Source: Somniosus microcephalus
Taxonomy: Eukaryota
Assembly (NCBI GenBank): GCA_052327205.1
Contig: CM126206.1
Coordinates: 72,230,001 to 72,294,000, forward strand
DNA: 64,000 nt
Direction: 5' to 3'
Shown here in pieces: positions 34,158 to 46,959 of the stretch (within the stretch, counting starts at the first letter, position 1; each line of letters begins with the position of its first letter). A model generated the notes under the pieces. The model had not been told where the DNA came from. It saw only the letters and a list, made by a program, of their open reading frames with translations, and made no database searches. The position numbers and the translations under genes are program-made.

Positions 34158-37100
34158 TTTCTGACTAAAATGGCCGCGTTCTGAAAGCTGAACAGAAATA
34201 TAACGCGCGTGTAAAAGGAATAGTTTTTTTATTCTGGAATTCCACTCCATATTAAGTTTACTGGCTTGGTTTATTGTAATTGGCCCACATTATAAATAGG
34301 ATGCAATCATTGAGCTAAACAACTGTTCGTATCCACAATAGCAAGATACAATTTTTTTAAACCACAATGATCAACAATTTATAATTTATGAAACAACATT
34401 AACATAAAATGTTCGCGCGAAGTATCATGGAATCAATATTCTGGCATTTCTCGTCCCTCGGTTGACTTAGTCTTAATTGGCAAATTTGTAAAACAAAACC
34501 GAATTGTAAATATATTGCTATCTCCAAAGCTAAGAATCGCTTTTACTGAAATAGTGATAAGCTGAAACACAAAAGAGTTGTATATGAAGAGTTGTAAAAA
34601 CCGTACTGAATGTGCCAAATCGCACCCAATTAATGCAAAGTGGCGAATCCATTGAAAGGCACAGTGAATCATTTTCGTAATCAAACAGATTTAAGATGAT
34701 CTTATACAGACCACCTTTTATCTGACCTCCACGGTGATTAATAATAAAAAAACCACAAACCAACCACATGCAGGTTTATGACAATGAATTTTGAATAGCA
34801 CTCCCGATCGTTCTTGTTGGCTTTGTTTCCTTCATGTTTAAGCATAACAAAACCGCCTTTTCTAGACTTTACTTCCAGATACAAGGCGGCTGTACCAAAA
34901 CACACTTCTTTCCGCGAAACCCACATGCCTTTGGGCTCATATTTACGCCGTTTTCAGACGCGTCGGAATAGATGAAAATTTGTAATAGGACAAAGCGACT
35001 ATTTATTTAGCAGAACACTTTTGTATTACAGGGATCGTCGCATCTGGATTTGCAATCACGCGTTTTATGCCTGACATTAAACCGACGATTCTATAGCCCC
35101 GCGTAAAGCGAAACAGGAAGAATTGTGTTCTATAAAGCCATTTCCGGCAATTACATGTTCGTTGGAAATATTTTAATGAACATCGGGGTGCAATGTGATG
35201 CGATGCAGATTACCCAAGCTGACCCGTTACAAATTTAATAAATAAAATAATGCTCGTGTACTACACGAGGACCATTCTTAATGATCAAAAAGGCAAATTG
35301 ACGTCTGCTGGTGCCCATACTCGGCAATTCTTGCAGTTACTATAGCAACTTGGGTTACACTTGGCATTTTGCCAAAGGACCGAAAATAGAGCGAGCTTCT
35401 GTGGGGGAACCACGGCGGTCATGTGGAAATATCGCAAATTTAAAACCTACAACGCAATCACGATCGGAGGGCGATCTGAGCAATCTAAACATGCAAATCT
35501 CACCGCCATTTCAAATGAGCCCTAACACAGCGCACATCATCGTTTTTCGGCTCTCCTTGAGATAGTCTCCACGTCGACACTAGCTTTAAGTAGTGGCTTT
35601 TGTGATCACACGATTTTCTTCTGCAAACGCCTCTCTCCTTTCCAGAGCGGCGAATGTGTAGCTGCGGTTCCCCAACAGAGGATCACTTTGATAGAGAGCA
35701 CGCCTATTGATTAATAATTAATTAATAAGTGATCAGAAAACAGGAATGAATAAAGATTCAGTGTCTCGCCAAACTTTGTCGGGTTTGTTGCTCACAGATA
35801 ACGTAAAAAAAAAGGAAACAGTTTGCTATTCTTAAGAAACCAGCAAGAAACTGACAACATGCAAATAACTATGTGACGCACAGAATTCAGAACGAGCCAG
35901 GGCAAATAAACAGCAGACACTGCCGGCCAGATGAAAAAAGTGATTATTTGTCGCACTTATTTACAGTACCTACTACAGTATATATACTGTTAAAATAAAT
36001 AAATTCATTACAGTTCATGTATATTAGGTTTAGGAAAGCAAATTTTACCCACAGCGCCGACGCGCGACGTTTCGAAGTAATCAAACTACATCAGGTTATA
36101 AACAATCAGCATTTCTATTTTTTTTATTTTGCAATTGGCGTTGAGACACACACACACAAACGATATACAGACTTCAGTGGAGTTCCAGTCATTACGCCTT
36201 CAGGCAGTCTAACACAACAAACAGAACTCAGTGCTAGTTCTCCGTTTATTTACTGGAGACTAACCGTTTTATACGGATGTCCTGACTCCACTCGTGCCCC
36301 GAATCTCACAAAAAGCACCTTGTTTTCTCATTTAGTTGGAAGTCACAGGAATCGCGGCACGTTTATCCATCTATAGTCCGCGTATGGGCTTTCAGCGGAC
36401 TCTCACTATCAAGTAGCGGAGACCCATTCCGCGAAAGAGAGAGATAAAAAGGAAAATAAAAACAAACCACGTGTTCCACAACGCTCCACTCTCACCATCA
36501 GGCTCGTGATCGGCCCCTCTTATCAGAGTGAGATCAACAGAATGGGTGTGGATTTAGCTGATCAATAGATTAACTACTTCATCTGTGAAACCTTCATCAA
36601 GGACAGACAACTCTACCCTGGTATATATATCCATGTAAACACACGTGTTTTATTTCACATACCCGTGGGCTTCCGTTTATGCTGGATAATTCATTTCAGC
36701 TGTGGAACTTTGTGCCTCCCTGATTTATTTTTTAAGCCTGATGTTCTTTATTATCAGCGGGGTAAACAATTAACCTTTATGACATTGTACTCACACCATC
36801 TCAAAGCAACAAAGAAATCCATTTTAAAGCTGCATAAAGTACAAAAAACAACGTATACTGTTTGACACATGGATCTTCAAGATACAGTATAAGAAAGAGC
36901 TCCCATATCTCAAAAATGCATATAATATTCCAGGATATCCAACAGTGGTACTGAGAAAAAGTACGGTCTACTACAATATAACCAACTGTGCATGTATATT
37001 ACAAAGAAATCTAAAATCAGACCCAATCACAACATCGCCACCACCGACACACAAACACCATTTTTGAAAACTACGTTAAATCTGAACTACAGCTCAGAAC

Positions 37101-38401
37101 ATAATAATATTAGGTTATTAACTAAAATAACGTTTGTCATAGCTACAATCAATGATACGGGTAAAAGGAGCACCGACATTTGGACTGTTTCATTTGCTTT
37201 TAATGGACATTCTGATTTGGAGCAATCATACCATTAGAAGAGAAACAAAGTTTTTTTGTCTACATAGAGCTCTTAGCTGCTCTCAAATTCCTGTTCCCAG
37301 TACGATCGCTTAAGTACATCACAGCAGAGACCACTCTGTAATATTAACAAAAGCCTATCTGGCGGAAGGGACAGGTTTATTAAAAACACGTATTTTGTGT
37401 GTGTATGTGTGTGCTCTCATGCAGTTTCAGTTGTCCTTGTCAGTTGCTGCTTGCTTGGAATAAACCAAAAAGCATTTGCTACCAAGGCCATCAATGGCTC
37501 CTTGCTCAACATACATTCTGTATCTACAAGCAAAACATAATCAGGTTGTATAACAGCTCTTCACCTCCCCCCGCTTCCCTTCCCCACCACTACCACCATC
37601 TTCACTATTAACAACAAAACAACAACACAGAACTGGAACAGTACACGCCGCCAACACGTTCTCGGAATCCACTCTAATAAATCTAACTGGACAAAAAGGG
37701 GAAAACACTCACTCCCACTCATACCCAGACCCAGCAAACCTCGTGCTCTGCCTGGAAAATCATTGCTGTCAATCTGATACAGTTCTGGTTACCAATTATA
37801 AAAAAGTAGAACATGTCCACAAAACACGCATGAAAAGAACATCTCAGCGTCTTGATAGTCGGTTATGACAAAGCTTTACATGTTTCTTGTTTGTTTATTT
37901 GCTTCTGACACCACAAGCACTGTGCAGGGATACGAGGGGCACCGCCACCAACCGCCATGTTTACCGTTCAAATCCGAAGAAGTACTCTTAAGAATTTAAG
38001 TTCAGAAAACACACCACACTCGACTTTTCACCCAAACAGTCACACAAGCACATTCCCTACCCTGTGTGGATCTTAACTCTATAAAATCGTTCCACTGGGT
38101 GCCCCGTTTGATGTCAAAATATACCTTTGTATCTGAGTTGACTAATAACGCTTCGGTGGTGCAGCAGCAAATTTCCACCATGGTCATATTTCAAAGAAAT
38201 CTAAATAAAAATCCGCGACACTTCGAACCTCCCAACTTGCAACGATCGAAAGTATAAATATTATTCCCTCGATGCAAACGGACAGAAAGGTCGCAGCCCC
38301 GAGCGCCGCGGAGTATCGAACAAAAATTTTGCAAATGAAGTGCGTAACGAAACTGAGTGGAAATAAGGAGGGCGACGAGCCGCTGAGTTGCTGTCAGCCT
38401 T

Positions 38402-38717
38402 AAGAGCGAGAGAAGAGAGAGCGAGAGGAGAGAGAGAGAAAAGAGAGAGAGGGGGAGAGAGGAAGGCAGCACCGGGTGCATTTCAAACAGCGAAATCGGC
38501 CTCAAGCCGCAGCCGGAATGTACCTGGCAGATCTTTTCCAGACAGTCCAGTCTTGGAGAGACTGTGCCCGGGGCACGGGGACTCCCGGCCACAGCCTGCA
38601 CCCCGCGGAAAACAATGAAAGTTGTAGATCAGGGGGAAAAAATGAATCGCAGCCAAGCGGCCATCTTGCATGAACTGCAGACGCTGTCAATTGCAATCGC
38701 AGAGGCTGCAGCTTAGC

Positions 38718-38749
<32 letters not shown>

Positions 38750-38760
38750 CGAGAGAGAAA
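38402..38760. repeat. Two imperfect (GA)n tracts (38402-38463 and 38716-38758) flanking the BMI1 exon 1 core
   Basis: Directly visible. Confidence 0.9.
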
Positions 38761-38900
38761 TAACATTCGTTAAACGCCGGCCCTTCAACCCTCGCACCCA
38801 CCCTGGCAGGACCCGATCCGCACTCTTGCAATATTTGTTCAGCCCATTCTACCTGGTTCCGAGGCGGCGAGGCGGCTGGGCTTATTCCCGGTGGTAGAAG
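38524..38900 (-). other. BMI1: BMI1 non-coding exon 1 (5' boundary uncertain)
   Basis: Donor CAG/GTACAT at 38524/38523; contains CAAGATGGCCGCTTGGCT..ATTCATTTT..AACTTTCATTGT..TTTCCGC, matching my recollection of the mammalian BMI1 5'UTR; in a CpG island. Confidence 0.75.
38629..38664 (-). promoter_or_regulatory. Upstream ORF in BMI1 5' leader, MAAWLRFIFSP*
   Basis: AAGATGG context (A at -3, G at +4); ATG GCC GCT TGG CTG CGA TTC ATT TTT TCC CCC TGA. Confidence 0.65.
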
Positions 38901-39065
38901 TTGGGAAAAAAAACCCACCCCCGAAGCCCAGTGATGGGTGCCGTGAAACTGACACCGTCCCCAAAATGGCTCGAGTTCGACCGCCCCGCTCCGTCACGTG
39001 GTCTCATTCCTTAAGGGTGGCCTGGGAATTAGAGTCGGTGTAACCAGAGCCGACCCTCCCCTCCC
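38900..39065 (-). promoter_or_regulatory. BMI1 proximal promoter
   Basis: CpG-rich; E-box CACGTG 38995-39000, GC box CCGCCCC 38981-38987, YY1-like AAAATGGC 38963-38970. Confidence 0.65.
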
Positions 39066-40558
39066 TTCAAAAAATACCACCAAATAATGCACCCTTTACC
39101 AGCTCCGCACATCAGCTCCAGCTCCATTCCACCAATAACACGCTTTAAAAATAATCTATACATATCGCCCGGCACAATAAAAGGCCAGTGGTTTCGATAC
39201 AAAAAGAGGTTACTGTATAATAAAATATGAGGGCAAACTTTGTTTCAGAGTCTCGGATCACATTTGAGAATAAATCTTAGCCAAGAGATCAAATGAAAGC
39301 TTCGCTTCCTATAGATCTGTACGCTGGTATTTTTTAAAAGTATCAGTTGAATATCATGCGAGTAGATTGCTGCTATACGATTATGCACAGAAACTTCATT
39401 GGGTCGTGGCTGGTGATTGGCAAGAGAGGCGACCCTATTTTGATCCAATTTTTCATTTGAAATATTTGTTGTATTGTTTACACCGTCATGATTCTTGCCA
39501 GCACAGAAAAAAACCTACGGGCACTGGAACGTGGACGAGTTCCTGAAAGCGATTCACTTCACAAATCCCACCTCTCTCCGTGCTGTCGCACCGCAGACTC
39601 CCCGCTAAAATCTACTTTCTTGCGTTCTTTTTAAATTTGGCCAACAAAAACAGATGCAAATGGGTTTCCATTGGGGGCAAACCCCAAGGTTAGATGTAGC
39701 AGTTTTATACAGCTGCGACTGAACGGACTGAGACATTTTGTAAACACGTTTATTAAAAGTTTAAGAAAGTATTCACGTGCGCTTCCAAACGCAATTTAAA
39801 AGTTGTCTTTGCATTGACCTTTAGTTTCCTAATTTCCCAGCAAGTCGTGTAAGCAAATTCCACTGTTACCACGCACACAAGACAATAACCGCCAAACGAC
39901 TTCTAAGATGTGAATAAGGGACAATTATATGTAATTATTCGGTAATATTTTTAAAAATTAGATTGACTTCGTCTTTCTCCCCTCCACACACACCACCACC
40001 ACCCCCCACTGGCAGTTATAGATGAACGTGCTTATTGAACGTCAGAAGAATTAGAGATCTCTTCAAAATGTTGGGTTGTTTTATTTGAGGGATCGGGATA
40101 AATGCGAATATGGCAGACGGTTAAGAACAGACTTACATTTGCCATGTCAAAATAATACATACACAATCTACCGTATCTAGGAAATTGTAGACAAACGTGA
40201 ACTGATTTAAAACCAAAAAAAATGGAAAGCCCCAAAAACGATAGCTCAGACTGTAGGAAGCATCTCTTTATTATAGGAAAAAGTGGTATATACACTCAAA
40301 CGCGAACAAAGTACAACATTTTAGTTACTGCAGGAAATATACAAGTCTGATACAGCAAAACTCTCCACTTCCACAAGCATTGTATACATTTCAAGTACAA
40401 AGCGGGATTTTATACATTCGCCAAATGCAACGTTTGAGCCATTTATGGATTGACTGTTGTTCACGTCTCAGAGAAGCTAGGAGCACGCAGGTTTAGGCGG
40501 ATTCCTTTTATGCCACCCACAGCCTCGCGTTCAATCGCGGTCCCCACAGCTCCATCAA

Positions 40559-43500
40559 TTACATCTGACTCGCCTTCTCCATGCTTTTAGCTGCGTCCTT
40601 CAACTTCCCCAAAAGATCCTGCAAAGGGAAAACAGATTTTTATAATATACATTATATATTTAGAAAAAGGAAGGCAGAAGTCTACTTCACCGGCAGGGTT
40701 GGGGGAGGGAATTATTTTACTATTAGAAAGTTATGTTAAATCTGTTTCCAGGAATAAACTCCTGAACTAAAAAGGCATTGCACGTCGGAATGTAACTTTT
40801 TTAACGCAAACAAAATAGTTTTTTAAAGTTTAACATATTTAGTGACTTTGTAATCATAAAGTAATGTTTTCCCCTGTTAAAGCAAAAGCAATTCGAAGGG
40901 TTGAGGGTCGGCGTCGATTCTTAACCGCCATGATACGTGGGCTGCTTCTTTTTCGATACATTAAAAAGTTGAAGTTTTTTTTAAAAAAAAGCACACAACT
41001 GTGCCAAGCTTTAGCAATCCATAATTAGACTTTTTTTTTTAAATTCTAAGCTTCCGGCTACAAAGATTAAAAGAAAACAATTTTGCTAAACTTTTCACTG
41101 AGCAATCGGGTCATACCGGCAACAAAATTTACATTGTACGGTAGTAAAATTCGCGGTGCTTTACAACATTTAGCATTAAAAAAAAATTCGTAAAATACCT
41201 CTAGCAAAAATGCCGACTGCTGTGGCTCTTAACACAATGTGCAGGGTTTTGTAAATTCAAAAAAGGACTGCTACTGAACATTACAAAATGTGACAAACGG
41301 CATTAGCAATAACAACATTGAAACTTGAAGTTATTTACATTAACGTTTTCATAGAATCATACAGGTGTTTCACATTAGTTGTTAAAGACAGTCCATATAA
41401 ATACAAATCAAAACCATCAGAGAACACCAGGCTAAACCACAAAAGGATTCTCTTGCTCCCTACAATTGTAAATTAAAACAATTAAGCATATACAAATTTA
41501 TTAGAACTGATATTTGCATGAGATGCAATTTAAACTTAGAGAACACTTTAAAAGAGATGCAAAATGCAGTGAGGTAAATTCAGTGAAGGGTTAATCTATT
41601 CCTGGAAAAAATTGCATAGCAAATAATGAAGTTTGGATTTTTCTCTTTCAATAGATGGAGTAAAATGTCAATAAAAAATCACAAACAGCAAGGAATAAGA
41701 ACAAATGTCAGTGTACAAAAAGTGGTGGCTCTTAAAATCAATCAGAGATCTTTATGAACAAGAGACTCAAATGAAAATTGATCTCTGGCCAATATGTAGC
41801 TTGCATTTTAGGTGATCCCACAATGTACTTTGTCTTCGAATAAGCCATTTGTTATTGAAGTTGTGTTCCAGAAACAGTGAGTCACTGACACTTCTGGCAT
41901 CAGTCCAACTAACCACATGTAAAGTCTAACATCTTCTTACAATTCTGCCTAAAATGCAACAAGCGTCAGTAAAAGAATTTCAGACTTGACATCTGGGTGA
42001 GAAAGCTCCTATATTTTGTAAAGGAGGTACAGTAATGTTTTGCTAGAATACCTGTAATTGCTCCATTGTACAACTGAAAGTAACATCCTGAGCTGGCCGG
42101 GATTCACCATTCTGTAAAAGGTTAAAACAATATTAAGCTGTGCTAAATAAGCAATTCAAATGCAAAACGCAGTGTCCGCTTGTTTTAATGCTTACCTCTA
42201 CATTTAAGGTTAATAAATATGCTGGCTGATTGACTTTGTGAAGATGGTTATTCTGGAATACATTTAAAAAAAAGTTTAGTGGGAGGTATACAATATGAAA
42301 ATAATTGGAGGGAAGTTTGTGCCCGGCTATTCTGAAAGGCAAGCATGAAAAGATGAAACTTTGCACTTTTTACCCTAATGTGATATTCCAGGCGCCAAGA
42401 AGCATCAGTGATGTGAGAAGGAAATCTTCCTATGCTGCAAGACAGTCAACAGGAGTAAAAATTAACATTGTACAAAATAAAATACCAAACACTATTCCTA
42501 TTACTGTATTGCCTTTTCCCAATGCATCAGGTCTCACCCTTCCAAAGTCAGTAGGAGTTTAACAACAACAGGGTTTCATCCAAATAGTAATTTTGGCTCA
42601 AATTTTCCAAAAACTCAATTTAAACCAAGTCTGATGTTGCATTGTTGTGGAGATACTACTGTTCACTGTGAAAGAGAGAAAATCTTCCCACGTATAAACA
42701 CAAAAAGTGAGTGGGTAAAAATAAAAGTTTCGACATCAATGGAAATAGGATGTCGAACAGATCATTAGAAGTCGAATTCACTGTATATGTATCCTTTAGT
42801 TTGTAAGCACGAGTCTCAAAAACTTCACCTTTGTAATAAACTTGACAAACTAAATGTATTGTATGAACATGGACAAAGATTAATTAGCAAGGATAGAAGT
42901 GCTGATTTGTTAAAATAATTTGACAGTTTATTTAGATTCCTGGCTCTTGCATTCCTTAATTTTTCCAAGTGTTATTAGCACGTGCTGCCGAGGTGCATGG
43001 GGAAACAAGACTTTATCCCTCTTCTAGATTATGGAGTGAGAAGGCATTTAAAAATCGCTCCACAGATCCACATTCAGCTATAGATTGGAATTTATGATCC
43101 AGAGGCAACAAGTACAGTTTTAAGCCAATGACATTTATCAAATTATTCAGTGTTGTGCATGTTATATATCAGTTGAACCAAGACAAGTCTAAACATAGTT
43201 TTAGAAGTATTTAAATTGTACTGTAAACTTTCACTAAGCTACTTGTAGTAGAACTTTGTGCATTTTCAAGGCAGACAATTGAATGATTTTATGACAGACA
43301 TAAGCATGATCCAAACTGATTTTATATAAGGGATTAAAACACGACATATTTCATTTATAGATATTGCACCCAAGATGCAACACACAGACAATCACACACA
43401 CACACCAGCACCAGATCCTGAAGTTATATACTGTAGACTAGCTGCACAAATGTAATTAACACTTACCCTCCTAGTAAGGTTTCCACTTTATCTTTGTTCT

Positions 43501-45663
43501 TCTAAATATCAAAAGGAAACACAGGAACTTAGCCGCATTATCAAAGCTACAATGTTGGCTTCAGTTAATATATTTTCAGTAAACGTATAAAGTGTAGGTG
43601 CTTGTGTCAGTATTTTACCTGTGTAAACGTGTTCTGACAAATCCATAAGGAACTACAAGATCACAATCCCACAATAACACCTTCTTAAACAAACCAGTGA
43701 TCTACATTGTCAGCTATACACTAGAAAGTCAACCAGTTGCCTGGTTGCGTTGCTTCGCATTCTTTTCGTGGCAAACTCTTCCTAAATTGCAGTAATCCCA
43801 ACAATTTTACAAATGCACAGTATGGTATGTAATAGACACCAAACCTGGTATGCTGCGCAAAATATGTCTATTCTTTCTCCTCCAAATCTACAGTCTTCAA
43901 GTAATGTGCTGAAATTAAAGATCATCAGTTACAAAATGCCTCTACACCCAAAAAAAATGTTGAACTGAATACACAATATTCATAAATCTTGGACATGTTG
44001 TAACCTTATAGTTGATTTGTCAGCGTTTTGTTTTCCTGCCTCCAATACACAGGTTGCGATGGCTACATGGCATTGTTTCAGCAAAGTCAAGTCCAAATTT
44101 CCCAGCTCTACATGATCTACATAACAATAGTAAATTATAATGATTCTCAATACGATTTCCACATAAAACGTAAAGCTTGCCACCTATTAAGAGTATTACG
44201 TCTGGTTCAGGACATGCATGACATTTAGTAATGGAGTTATTATTTTGTCTACCACTTCATAAACCAAAAAACGACAGTTACCTCCCGGAAAATTAGGTAA
44301 AACATTTTACTGTTTATACCGAATTATTTTGACATATTGTGCCTTCAATGATAACGCCTACAGTACATAGTCTTTTACGCCTACAGTACATAGGGCTAGA
44401 TTTTCAGTATAGACAGTTTTGGGGCGCTAAGCTTAGCGCCCGCCCGAAGTTATCGCCCGCCCCAAAGTAGCGCCCCGTTGCCGGAAATTCAGTGGCTTCG
44501 CCCTAAGAGGTTGGTGGAGCGCTAAAAGAGGCGTTCCACTAGTATCTTTAGGCGCTAAGCCGGCGGTGGAGAGCGCAACACCCGAGCTCGGGCGCAGCGC
44601 ACGGCAGACACTCTGGTGCCAGTGAGCTCTTAAAGGGGAAGGGTGCATGTATTTTTTTCAAATGCAAAGTTTGGGGAGAAAGGAGGAGGAGGAGGAGGAG
44701 GAGGAAGAATTATTGCTGGCCGGAAACATAAATAGACCGTTCAGAACAACACACAGCTTACTTCCACACAACACATGCAGAGTGCCTTTTGTACGAGTGC
44801 CCTTTAATTTGCGCTCCCCAGGTTGTGTTGCGTTCCATTTTACAAACGCTCTGGACGCCAGCCGCACAATGGGGCGGTCCGACTGAAGTTTGGATTCGGG
44901 GCGGCCAAAGGGCGTTGCACGAGGATGTGACGTCATTTTCTGCGAGCGCATCCGGGCGGCCGCTAAACTTTGCGCCGGCGCTAACGGGCAACTTAATTTG
45001 GGGCGGGGCGCAAACTGCGCTGCGCCCAGGCGCTACACGCATAGCGCCCGAAAATCACTTCTCAAGGCGCTAACTGCTGGCGCAAGCAACTGAAAATCTA
45101 GCCCATAGTCTTTTACAAGAGTGTTATTTTTTGCCTGCTTTTACTTACACTAAATATGTTGGGACCTTAAATAGTTGTTAAGCAACCCAGATAAAGCAGA
45201 TGTTCAGTCGACAACCCTGATGCATTAGGCCCCAGGATATTCGTCCACAACAATGAACAACATCCAGACTCAGTATGCATTCCGCGTCAAGTCGACAGCT
45301 CAAAAAACAAGGAATCAGTCAACAGAAACGCATTTGGCAAATAACAGACTGTTGCAAATGTTATTTATAACTGGATTCGGGAACATTGCGACACAGAGCC
45401 GTTTGCAAAGGAACGGCCCGACCGTGTCCTTCCTGCATTAAATCACTAAAAGAACCAGCAGCAGTAGCAGCAGCCCTCGCTCGCCCTCCCACCCTCCGCA
45501 AACAGCTCGAAACTACGCGCTCACCTAATGTTGCTCCGTCTGTTTGTGGGTTTATGAGGCTCTCGAAAGCCGCTTCCACTAAAATGTGGAATGTTTTGTT
45601 GGAGAAGTGGCTGGGATCGGCCAGCAATTGCAACCCTTTCAGTGCATACTCTGGCAGCTCCAT
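40559..45663 (-). CDS. COMMD3: COMM domain-containing protein 3, 195 aa
   Basis: Exons 45663-45525 (139), 44116-44005 (112), 43908-43845 (64), 43501-43467 (35), 42434-42374 (61), 42252-42196 (57), 42111-42052 (60), 40618-40559 (60); all GT-AG, total 588 nt. Starts MELPEYALKGLQLLADPSHF, has COMM motif ITDASWRLEYHIR, ends LQDLLGKLKDAAKSMEKASQM*. Confidence 0.97.
44393..45104. mobile_element. Non-autonomous Harbinger-type DNA transposon (MITE, 712 bp) in COMMD3 intron 1
   Basis: Perfect 16-bp TIRs GGGCTAGATTTTCAGT / ACTGAAAATCTAGCCC, 3-bp TSD ATA (44390-44392, 45105-45107), many subterminal GGCGCTA/TAGCGCC motifs, CpG-rich, internal (GAG)n. Confidence 0.92.
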
Positions 45664-46640
45664 TGTGCTGGACTGACCTTCGACACGGAGCCACGTGATC
45701 GAGCTCAGCTGATCCACGCGGATGTGACAGTGTTAGCAATGAACTGAGGCTGCATAATATCAGCACGCTCTCTTCCAGCAAGTGAAAAACCTGCTCACCA
45801 CGAAATTGCTTTCACTTGATAGCCATCCATACAGAAATATAAACAGTTTGCAAAATGCAGAGGCGTAATGGTTTATTCAATACTGTGAAAACAATTGCAA
45901 ACTATTTCCGCAAAGCGTTTCACAAATTAAGACCAGTCCAACGTTACTGTGTCATCGCACAGAACATTTAAAGTAGAGTTTTAAAATGCAAAGAGGCAAC
46001 AAATAGAAGAGATTAGATGCCAATTTTAGTGTTAATTGAAACAATAAAACATTTATAAGCAGATTTACCTCCATGAGTATAGCATTTACTACTACGTGGA
46101 GAGGATCAATCTGGAGCTGATCAGTGTAACTTCTGTATATAAATTGTATGTAATAATAAATGTAATCGTGTATTTTACTGCAGCAGCTGTAGAGAACACG
46201 ATGCAGTAAGTGAATGTGTCCAGTTAGGTAGTTATCGTACTGAAATGAACCGTCTACGTTCGCTTAACAGGATCTTTATATTTTCTTTTCCCTTACTACT
46301 ACTAACCATTTATCAGCTATTGGCTTTGGTGCAATTAATTAAGTACTTCTAGCAATACATCAAATATCAGCCAATTATCCAGTATAAGTAACAGCACTAA
46401 ATTGAGAGTACTGAGTTAGGTGTACTAGGCCAATCATTTAATTATACTGCACGCTTTGTGTTCCTCTTTTAAAAGAACCAAATAAATCTGTAAATAAACC
46501 GTTGAAACTTCACCCGAACCCTAAGAAATCAAATTAAAATTTGGTTTTCCAGCCCAATTATGCACTCCAGTCCCCGCGGCGCCCACCGGTTACGGAAGTG
46601 ATCGAGCGCGCCGGCGGACACCGCGTGCTCCATCTCCAGG
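45664..46640 (-). promoter_or_regulatory. COMMD3 5'UTR/promoter region
   Basis: E-box CACGTG at 45692-45697; CpG cluster at 46570-46630 with ETS/GABP-like CGGAAGTG. Confidence 0.5.
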
Positions 46641-46959
46641 GGTTTTGTGTTTGTTCAATGTGGTTTTCCCCTACATTGCACCATCAGAAAACAATATAAC
46701 TCTGTGGAACTCGTATTGAGCCAACATTTATTCAAAGCCATATAACCAGAACAACACCACAATGGTTGGAGACTACTGAGCTGAACATTGCCTTAATGGT
46801 ATGGTTAGGTGAACATATATATGACTTGCAATGCAGAAAAGAGACAGAAGACTGAGTTATGAGGAACAACCAGACAAGCTTCGACTATTTAACCTTGAAA
46901 GGATGTGGCTGATATAATGAACAATGAGTTATTAGTTTGGGCAAAAGGCTGGCGATAGA

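Noticed and set aside
33732-34250. 172-aa single-exon BMI1-like ORF
   Set aside because: It reads through a 179-nt GT-AG intron; splicing restores the RING finger.
45361-45717. 118-aa ORF as extended COMMD3
   Set aside because: Only 45663-45525 matches COMMD3; the rest is 5'UTR and intron 1.
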